Both the position numbers and the translations under genes were made by a program. A DNA stretch of 34,032 bases, taken from assembly GCA_002352705.1 (NCBI GenBank), contig DEIW01000042.1:14407-48438 (forward strand). The letters are read 5' to 3'. Source of the stretch: Bacteroidales bacterium UBA2764 (lineage in GTDB: Bacteria > Bacteroidota > Bacteroidia > Bacteroidales > Paludibacteraceae). The notes beneath the pieces were generated by a model. The model saw nothing but the letters and a program-made list of their open reading frames with translations. It was not told where the DNA came from and searched no databases. This document shows positions 23,496 through 29,718 of the stretch, piece by piece; the first letter of the stretch is position 1, and every line of letters begins with the position of its first letter.

Positions 23496-24623
23496 ATGGA
23501 TACCAGTATTATTAATCCTTTTATTACTACCGGCTACGCAGGTGCTGCATACTTTTGTGACCGTGAACAGGAGACTGCAGATCTTACGCGTTTGGTAGTT
23601 AATGGGAATAATGTGGCACTTATTTCACCACGCCGTTACGGAAAAACGAACCTCATTCGCCATTGCTTTGCACAGCAGGAAATAGCTGACAACTATTACA
23701 CATTCATTATCGACATTTACTCTACTAAGTCAGTACAGGATTTGGTTCATCGTTTAGGATTATCCATCCTTGAGGCACTCAAACCCAAGGGCAGGAAGGC
23801 GTGGGAGAAGTTCATCTCCGTATTGGCATCCGTGCGACCGGGCATCACGTATGATGCCGGAGGAAACCCATCATGGACGCTCAGCATTGGGGATATAGCC
23901 ACGCCTACCACTACTTTGGAAGAGATATTTTCCTATCTGGAGCACGCCGATAAGCCGTGCATAGTAGCCATTGACGAGTTCCAGCAGATAACCCATTATA
24001 ACGACGATTTGATTGAAGCAACTATGCGGACCTATGTGCAATACTGCACCAACACCCATTTCATTTTCTCCGGTTCGCAACGGCATTTGATGGGGCAGAT
24101 GTTTACCTCGCCGGCTCGACCGTTTTATCAGAGTGTAACACTGTACAACTTACCCTTGTTACCGGAGGATAAATACACGGATTTTTGCCTGCGGTTGTTT
24201 GAGCAAAGAGGAAGGATATTGTCTCAAGATGTACCGCACGCCCTTTACGAGCGTTTTGAGGGTATTACCTACTACATGCAGCGCGTGATGAATGAATTGT
24301 TTACGCGCACACCGGTTGGCGGATCATGCACTGTGGCAGATATAGAGTCGGCTATCCGGTATATCATCCTTATTTCTTCGAATACTTACGAAGACTTGAT
24401 GTATCAGTTGCCGGAAAAACAATCGCTAGTTCTACGTGCAATCGCTCAGGAAGGAAAGGCTCGGAATCTGACATCCGGCAAATTCATCAAGCGGCACGGT
24501 CTGTTGTCTGCCAGTTCCGTTAAGTCTGCTGTGCCTGCATTGTTAGACAAAGGGCTTGTTACCAGTGAGTTGGGCATCTATCAAGTCTATGATAAATTTT
24601 TAGAGTTGTGGTTAACTACATAG
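23496..24623 (+). CDS. AAA-type ATP-binding protein (Arch_ATPase-like N-domain plus DUF234-like winged-helix C-terminus)
   Basis: The start is at MDTSIINPF (ATG at 23496, just downstream of the promoter; the track's 23439 lies inside the promoter). Walker A is ISPRRYGKTNL and Walker B is CIVAIDEFQQI. The C-terminal LSASSVKSAVPALLDKGLV is wHTH-like. Confidence 0.8.
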   Translation: MDTSIINPFITTGYAGAAYFCDREQETADLTRLVVNGNNVALISPRRYGKTNLIRHCFAQQEIADNYYTFIIDIYSTKSVQDLVHRLGLSILEALKPKGRKAWEKFISVLASVRPGITYDAGGNPSWTLSIGDIATPTTTLEEIFSYLEHADKPCIVAIDEFQQITHYNDDLIEATMRTYVQYCTNTHFIFSGSQRHLMGQMFTSPARPFYQSVTLYNLPLLPEDKYTDFCLRLFEQRGRILSQDVPHALYERFEGITYYMQRVMNELFTRTPVGGSCTVADIESAIRYIILISSNTYEDLMYQLPEKQSLVLRAIAQEGKARNLTSGKFIKRHGLLSASSVKSAVPALLDKGLVTSELGIYQVYDKFLELWLTT

Positions 24624-24675
24624 GAAGTCGGTTCGGGGGAAGGAGTAGGATGCAAAAAAAGAAGCCCCGAAGGGC
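24623..24675 (+). repeat. ~55-bp direct repeat, copy 2 (downstream of the ATPase gene)
   Basis: ggaagtcggttcgggggaaggagtaggatgcaaaaaaagaagccccgaagggc. It begins at the last base of the ATPase stop codon. Confidence 0.85.
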
Positions 24676-24678
24676 TTC
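24654..24678 (-). terminator. Intrinsic terminator of the murF / coiled-coil gene transcript
   Basis: On the minus strand, GAAGCCC-TTCG-GGGCTTC followed by TTTTTTTGC, 43 nt after the stop at 24721. Confidence 0.7.
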
Positions 24679-24720
24679 GATGAGATTTTACGGGCAACGC
24701 GGGTAAAAGCGGGTGATTCT

Positions 24721-25602
24721 TTATTTCTTGAGTTGGAAAGGGAAGGAGCCGATAAGGTTTCCTTCGCAGAAGAAATCAATCGTATAGAACCCTTTTACCA
24801 CCTCCTCTATCGGACAGAAACAAACGCCGTTATATGCCTCGCCGGAGTACTCAATCTGCTGGGTGGCGGAGTAGGGAATCTCTCCGGACTCAAAGGGAAA
24901 GAGGTTGGTCTCGCTCTCGTTGAGCAGATTACCCTCCGGATCGATAATACGCACGTAGAGGTCCTTCATGCCCGGCGTACAAGTGATATTTTTCGCAATA
25001 GTATATTCAAACTGAATCTTGCGGATATGAGAGGCAATGCGGGTTTTCCTGTCGTTCTTATTAAGAGGAGTGAAGGTGCAACCGGTGACCTCCAGCATTG
25101 ACGCGCGTGTGACAGTTTCGGTAAGTTGCGTATTAAGGGTGGAGAGTTGTGTGTTCTGCTCCTTGAACTGTTGGTTCTCCCGGCGGACAAGGATATTCTC
25201 CTCCGTCAACCGTGCGTTGGTGGCATTCAAACTGTCAATCTGGCGGACATAATCTTTCATCACCTCGCGCACGGTAGCCAGCTCTTTCTTGAGTTCCGCG
25301 ATACGGCGTGCATTGGACGCCTTTGTCTGACGCAGTTCTTCCAATAAGTCCTGCACACGTTGCTGCTCCCGCGAGAGTAGGTCTTGCAGACTGTCATTGC
25401 GGATATCCATCTGCTGGAAACCGTCAAACTGAATAGCCAGATCTTCGTATTCTTCTTGCAGTTCTTCTTTCTCAATAGTCATCTGTTCCACCATCTCGTT
25501 GAGTTCGTTATGTTGGTTCCAATAAAGGAATCCGAGCGTAGCCAGAGCAACAAGCAGTAGCGCCAGAAAAATCCAAAGCAGGGTATTATTTTTTTCTTTC
25601 AT
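24721..25602 (-). CDS. Membrane-anchored coiled-coil protein, function unknown
   Basis: N-terminal TM helix LLWIFLALLLVALATLGFLYW, a long heptad-like Glu/Gln/Leu region, and a C-terminal beta-rich domain. The ATGA overlap with the murF stop (25599-25602) implies co-translation. Confidence 0.7.
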   Translation of the reverse strand: MKEKNNTLLWIFLALLLVALATLGFLYWNQHNELNEMVEQMTIEKEELQEEYEDLAIQFDGFQQMDIRNDSLQDLLSREQQRVQDLLEELRQTKASNARRIAELKKELATVREVMKDYVRQIDSLNATNARLTEENILVRRENQQFKEQNTQLSTLNTQLTETVTRASMLEVTGCTFTPLNKNDRKTRIASHIRKIQFEYTIAKNITCTPGMKDLYVRIIDPEGNLLNESETNLFPFESGEIPYSATQQIEYSGEAYNGVCFCPIEEVVKGFYTIDFFCEGNLIGSFPFQLKK

Positions 25603-26951
25603 AAGAGTGGGATTACTTTTTCCAACTGGTTAGACCGGCTGCCTTTCAACAGGATACGATAGCCGGCGAGCGGTTCGCGTTGCAGATAATCGCACAACGC
25701 TTCTACATTATCAAAGACAGGATAGGGAGCCGTAGTTTGTTTGTATTCCTCTCCGACGAGCAGTACTTTGTCCGCCTTGCGCTCCAACAGCATATTGACA
25801 ATATTCTGGTGCTCGAGGTGACTATACTCGCCCAGTTCACGCATCGCTCCTAATATGAAGCACCCCGGTGCTTCATGATCGCCTTCGCAGGTCTGACCCA
25901 GACCGCTGCGCTGTTGAACCGCTTCGCTGTTAGACCGCTTCGCTGTTAGACAAAATGCTTCTATTGCTGCCTGCATAGAGGTAGGATTGGCGTTGTAGGC
26001 ATCAACGACTACGGTGTTTTTTTCTGTCGGCATCAGTTGTGAGCGGTTGTTGGTTGGCACATACTCACATATAGCCTCGCGGCTCTCAGGGAAAGTGCAA
26101 ACCATACACATGCCGATGGCAAATGCAGCGGCAATGTTCTCCTGATTATAATCACCTACCAGATGCGTCTCTGACACCTTAACCGGACAATCCGATGAAC
26201 GATAGCGGAACAATCCTATTCCTTTGTCGGAACCGGGAGAGAAGACCTCGTTGTACCAATGAATCTTGTTGAATTTCTTACGGATGGTCTTGCGTCCTTT
26301 GGGCAGACGTTTCTTCAACATTTTGCAAAGATACGGGTTCTCTGCATTGTAGAAGATTGTTCCTCCATGCGCAATAATCCAATCGTATAACTCACCTTTC
26401 GTTTGCTGTACTCCTTCGAAGGATCCGAAGCCCTGTAAGTGCGCTTTGCCTACATTCGTGATCAGCGCGTCGGTAGGCTCCGCAATTTCCACCAGTTCTT
26501 TGATATCTCCCGGATGGGAAGCCCCCATCTCGATAATTGCTATCTCATGCGCACGCGTGATAGATAATAAGGTGAGGGGTACGCCGAGTTGGTTGTTGAG
26601 ATTGCCTTGGGTATAGCATACGTTATACTTCTTGCTCAACACAGCAGCCGTCAGTTCCTTGGTAGTGGTCTTTCCGTTGGTGCCGGTGATGGCAATAACC
26701 GGAATTCTAAACTCGCGTCTCCACGCGCGTGCAAGGTCTTGTAACTCAGCTAAAGCGTTTTCTCCGGAAATGATATATGCTGCGCCATTTTTCTTTGCCT
26801 GCTCAACAAAGTCATTTCCGTCAAAATGCTCACCTTTCAGCGCCACGAAAACGGAGCCGGGAGTCACCTTCCGGCTGTCTGTCGTGACGGTAATGGAATC
26901 TTTATTTTTTATTAGGAAGCTCCAATCCATATCCTTTACGTTTATCTTCAA
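25599..26951 (-). CDS. murF: UDP-N-acetylmuramoyl-tripeptide--D-alanyl-D-alanine ligase
   Basis: TTDSRKVTPGSVFVALKGEHFDGNDF, the Mur-ligase P-loop ITGTNGKTTT, DAYNANPTSM, and LLKGSRSNQLE. An alternative start is the ATG at 26930 (MDWSFL). Confidence 0.9.
   Translation of the reverse strand: MKINVKDMDWSFLIKNKDSITVTTDSRKVTPGSVFVALKGEHFDGNDFVEQAKKNGAAYIISGENALAELQDLARAWRREFRIPVIAITGTNGKTTTKELTAAVLSKKYNVCYTQGNLNNQLGVPLTLLSITRAHEIAIIEMGASHPGDIKELVEIAEPTDALITNVGKAHLQGFGSFEGVQQTKGELYDWIIAHGGTIFYNAENPYLCKMLKKRLPKGRKTIRKKFNKIHWYNEVFSPGSDKGIGLFRYRSSDCPVKVSETHLVGDYNQENIAAAFAIGMCMVCTFPESREAICEYVPTNNRSQLMPTEKNTVVVDAYNANPTSMQAAIEAFCLTAKRSNSEAVQQRSGLGQTCEGDHEAPGCFILGAMRELGEYSHLEHQNIVNMLLERKADKVLLVGEEYKQTTAPYPVFDNVEALCDYLQREPLAGYRILLKGSRSNQLEKVIPLL
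25902..25949. repeat. 3 x 16-bp tandem repeat inside murF (48 bp, keeps the frame)
   Basis: accgctgcgctgttga / accgcttcgctgttag / accgcttcgctgttag. An adjacent palindrome gaagcacc-cc-ggtgcttc lies at 25857-25874. Confidence 0.9.
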
Positions 26952-28275
26952 TCTTCAGAGCGAGACTGAGCAGAAATGCCAGCACGCCGAACGAAGCAAA
27001 AACAATCATCGGCACAAGATATCCGTCGGTAGCCACGCGCAGTTTGCCGATTAAGAGCGGCACGAGACATAGACCGATATTCTGCACCCAGAAAATGAGG
27101 CAGTATGCCGATCCTAACACTTTCTCATCAATAATCTTCGGTACTGAAGGCCACATCGATGCCGGTACAAGTGAGAAGCTGACGCCGAGTATCAAGATAG
27201 TGACCAGCGCAAGCGTCTTGGACGGATAAGCGGGCAGCACGAAAGCAAACACCAGATGGCATGCCGTCATGATGACAGCGCCGAGAAGCATCATCGATGC
27301 GCCTTTTCCCTTGTAATCGATGAAGGCACCGAGGAACGGGGTCAGCACCATCGCCAGTATCGGGAACCATTTGAAAAGTCCAGCGGCTTCCGCATTACTG
27401 ATAGCCAGTGTCTCCTCCAGGAAATTCGTAGCGAAACGCTGGAAGGGGAAGATGGCGGAATAATAGAGTACGCAAAGGAGCGCAATAATCCAGAACATCT
27501 TCGAACTAAAAATCTGGCCAAGGTCGGAAACATGGAACTCATCACTATCATTTACCATTTCGTCATTTACCATTTGTTCATTTATTTCCTGTTTATCCAA
27601 GGTCTTGTCCATGATCGTGAAGACGAAGAAATTGAGGAGTCCGATAACGAGTAACAGCGAAGCGAAAAGCAACGGCGCCGTAACCGAGTTGACACCATTC
27701 TCGGCAAACTGCTCGCTGAAGATAGGAGAAAGCCACATGGCGGCAAAAACACCGATACGTGCAATAGCCATCTCCAGTCCCATGGCAAGCGCCATCTCTT
27801 TGCCTTTAAACCATTTGGCGAGAATCTTGCTGACCGTAGTACCAGCCATCTCGCATCCACAACCGAAGATCATAAATCCGAACATCGCCAGTTTGGCGCT
27901 ACCCGGCATAGACGGCCACCATGCATTGAGCCACTCAACGGTATTGGCATCCGTCCAAGAGATACCCCAGTATTTGATACCTGCTCCGATTACCATGAGT
28001 GAGGCGGATAGCAGTCCCGTGAAACGGACGCCCATCTTGTCCAGGATGATACCTGCCAGGATAAGGAATCCGAAGACATTCAGCAGATATTCTCCGGCGG
28101 CATAGGTTCCGAAAACGCCTTGGTCCCACCCGAGCGTATCGTTGAGCAACGAAGCTAAAGGAGAGAGGATATCCACGAACATGTATGCGAAGAACATCAT
28201 CGATGCGACGAGGACGAGTACCGTCCACCGCGCTGCGGCGCTATCGCGAAGTGTTTGTTGAATTTTTTGTACCAT
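26902..28275 (-). CDS. MFS transporter
   Basis: Many hydrophobic helices in two halves separated by a central loop. The start is moved to the ATG at 28275 (MVQKIQQTL), because the first 10 codons of the track ORF (MVNDQMVNDI) are a translation of the CATTTAC repeat. Confidence 0.8.
   Translation of the reverse strand: MVQKIQQTLRDSAAARWTVLVLVASMMFFAYMFVDILSPLASLLNDTLGWDQGVFGTYAAGEYLLNVFGFLILAGIILDKMGVRFTGLLSASLMVIGAGIKYWGISWTDANTVEWLNAWWPSMPGSAKLAMFGFMIFGCGCEMAGTTVSKILAKWFKGKEMALAMGLEMAIARIGVFAAMWLSPIFSEQFAENGVNSVTAPLLFASLLLVIGLLNFFVFTIMDKTLDKQEINEQMVNDEMVNDSDEFHVSDLGQIFSSKMFWIIALLCVLYYSAIFPFQRFATNFLEETLAISNAEAAGLFKWFPILAMVLTPFLGAFIDYKGKGASMMLLGAVIMTACHLVFAFVLPAYPSKTLALVTILILGVSFSLVPASMWPSVPKIIDEKVLGSAYCLIFWVQNIGLCLVPLLIGKLRVATDGYLVPMIVFASFGVLAFLLSLALKIEDKRKGYGLELPNKK
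27547..27589 (+). repeat. Dispersed 'CATTTAC' element, copy 3, inside the MFS coding sequence
   Basis: atcatttaccatttcgtcatttaccatttgttcatttatttcc. It is read in frame on the minus strand as ...NEQMVNDEMVNDSD... Confidence 0.85.
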
Positions 28276-28278
28276 AAT

Positions 28279-28327
28279 GTCATTTACCATTTGGTCATTT
28301 ACCATTTAATCATTTATTTGGTCATTG
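28279..28327 (+). repeat. Dispersed 'CATTTAC' element, copy 4
   Basis: gtcatttaccatttg gtcatttaccattta atcatttatttg gtcattg. Confidence 0.85.
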
Positions 28328-28433
28328 AGCTATTTGTGGATTTGCCATACGACCATTTCTTTTTCTTTTTTAACCACTCAGCCTTTTTCTTCTCGTATTC
28401 GGCGTAGTGGGATTCCAAATATCCGTCAGCCAT
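28314..28433 (-). CDS. Possible small basic protein (39 aa), below the ORF-track threshold
   Basis: ATG at 28433: MADGYLESHYAEYEKKKAEWLKKKKKWSYGKSTNSSMTK*. The N-terminal half resembles small conserved Bacteroides proteins as I remember them (unverified). The C-terminal codons run into the repeat. Confidence 0.35.
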   Translation of the reverse strand: MADGYLESHYAEYEKKKAEWLKKKKKWSYGKSTNSSMTK

Positions 28434-28442
28434 GACGTTTAA

Positions 28443-28474
28443 TCATTTTCTCATTTAGTCATTTTCTCATTTGA
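28443..28474 (+). repeat. Dispersed 'CATTT' element, copy 5 (2 x 16 bp variant)
   Basis: tcattttctcatttag tcattttctcatttga. It overlaps the stop of the ompH gene. Confidence 0.75.
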
Positions 28475-28958
28475 TGCCGAGCTCTTTCTTCACAGCGGGA
28501 GTGGCATCGATAGCGTCGTTTCCGATATGTACCATCGCTTGGCTGTCGAAGATATAGGTATAGTTCTCACGCTCACCGACAGCCTTGATAGCCTTAGCCA
28601 TCTTCTCGTGAATAGGAGCCAGCAGCTCTTGCTGTTTCTTCTGGATGTCCTGCTCTGCCGTCTGGTAGAAGAGCTGGATACGCTGATTCATCTCCTGCAG
28701 CTCCTGCTGACGGATTTGTTTTACGGCATCAGCCATGGTGGCTTCCTGAGCCTGATAATCCTGCATCTTCTTTTGGATTTCCTCGTTCATCGAAGCCAGT
28801 TGAGCTTCGTATTGACCTTGGATAGTATCCATTTTGAGTTTCACTTGTGCCACCTCAGGCATTTGGGAGAAGAGCTCCTGCGTGTTGATGTGACCGAATT
28901 TCTGTGCGCTGGCGAGGATAGGAAGAGCCAGCATGATGGAAATAATAATCTTTTTCAT
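28467..28958 (-). CDS. ompH: OmpH/Skp-family periplasmic chaperone
   Basis: Signal peptide MKKIIISIMLALPILASAQ. KFGHINTQELFSQMPE followed by a Gln/Glu-rich helical arm is a typical OmpH layout. It lies downstream of bamA. Confidence 0.85.
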   Translation of the reverse strand: MKKIIISIMLALPILASAQKFGHINTQELFSQMPEVAQVKLKMDTIQGQYEAQLASMNEEIQKKMQDYQAQEATMADAVKQIRQQELQEMNQRIQLFYQTAEQDIQKKQQELLAPIHEKMAKAIKAVGERENYTYIFDSQAMVHIGNDAIDATPAVKKELGIK

Positions 28959-28998
28959 TTTATTAATAGTTTGTTTTTAGTTGTTCTTATACGTTAGC

Positions 28999-29042
28999 TT
29001 TGACCGTCGTTTGACCGTCGTTTGACCGTCGTTTGACCGTCG
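28999..29042. repeat. 4 x 11-bp perfect tandem repeat TTTGACCGTCG
   Basis: Four perfect 11-bp units from 28999 to 29042, between the two ompH genes. Confidence 0.95.
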
Positions 29043-29060
29043 GGATTGGAAGGTATTATA

Positions 29061-29090
29061 GTGTATTTTAGTGTATTTTACTGTATTTTA
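29061..29090. repeat. 3 x 10-bp tandem repeat (G/C)TGTATTTTA
   Basis: gtgtatttta gtgtatttta ctgtatttta. The last unit contains the stop codon (29088-29090) of the upstream ompH gene. Confidence 0.9.
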
Positions 29091-29657
29091 CTTTGCTCCT
29101 AATTTTTGGAGTACTTGGTCCGATACATCCAGTTTGGAGGACATATATATCAGCGCGGGGTCGGCAGAGCGGTCCTTCACTATATCGATTCGTTTTTCGT
29201 TAGCCAGATCCTGGATGGCATTGTATATCTCATCCTGGATAGGTTTGATGAGTGCTTCGCGTTTTTTATATAGTTCCCCGTCCTGTCCGAAATACTTGCG
29301 TTTGAGTTCGAGCACCTCTTGTTCCTTCTTGACGATTTCCTGTTCGCGTTGGGTACGCATGTTTTCAGAGAGGAAGATTTGTTCGGTCTGGTAGTTCGTA
29401 GCCATGACGCGTGCCTCCTGTTGCGCGGCGTCAATCTCTTTCTGCCATCGTTTGGAGAGCATAGTCAACTGTTCGTTCGCCTGTTCGTATTGCGGCAGAT
29501 TTTTCAGGATATACGCCATATCGATGTATGCGATCTGCTGGTCTTTAGCAAAAGCCGTGCCACAAAGCATCAGAGCGGCAATGATAATTGATAATTGATA
29601 CTTCTTAGCCGCAAAGGCACGATAAACTCCGTTTTTGATAATTGATAATTTATTCAT
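29088..29657 (-). CDS. ompH: OmpH/Skp-family periplasmic chaperone (second copy)
   Basis: QQIAYIDMAYILKNLPQYEQANEQL... followed by a helical arm. The N-terminal leader contains two GATAATT x2 blocks (29583-29600 and 29637-29650). Confidence 0.8.
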   Translation of the reverse strand: MNKLSIIKNGVYRAFAAKKYQLSIIIAALMLCGTAFAKDQQIAYIDMAYILKNLPQYEQANEQLTMLSKRWQKEIDAAQQEARVMATNYQTEQIFLSENMRTQREQEIVKKEQEVLELKRKYFGQDGELYKKREALIKPIQDEIYNAIQDLANEKRIDIVKDRSADPALIYMSSKLDVSDQVLQKLGAK

Positions 29658-29718
29658 AAGTTTTTATCTTTGAGCAGCCATCAGCTGCGGTCTTTATTCA
29701 TTGAGTGTAAGCGGTCTA

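Noticed and set aside
13630-28305. N-terminal extensions proposed by the ORF track (14733, 16433, 17458, 20112, 22774, 23439, 28305, and also 6982 and 10393)
   Set aside because: The extensions precede an obvious M(K/R)K-plus-hydrophobic signal peptide, or overlap the upstream gene (17458 overlaps E by 110 nt), or use TTG, or lie inside a promoter (23439), or are translated repeat DNA (28305, 6982, 10393). Internal ATG starts were chosen instead.
8587-28327. The CATTTAC element as a reiterated promoter (it contains TACCATTTG)
   Set aside because: TACCATTTG is TA + 3 nt + TTTG, one base off the TAnnTTTG spacing. There is no -33 TTTG at 19-21 nt. One copy lies inside a coding region, and the copies sit downstream of genes as often as upstream.
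5857-29090. CRISPR array
   Set aside because: All repeat arrays are head-to-tail tandem units of 7-16 bp with no spacers, and there are no cas genes.
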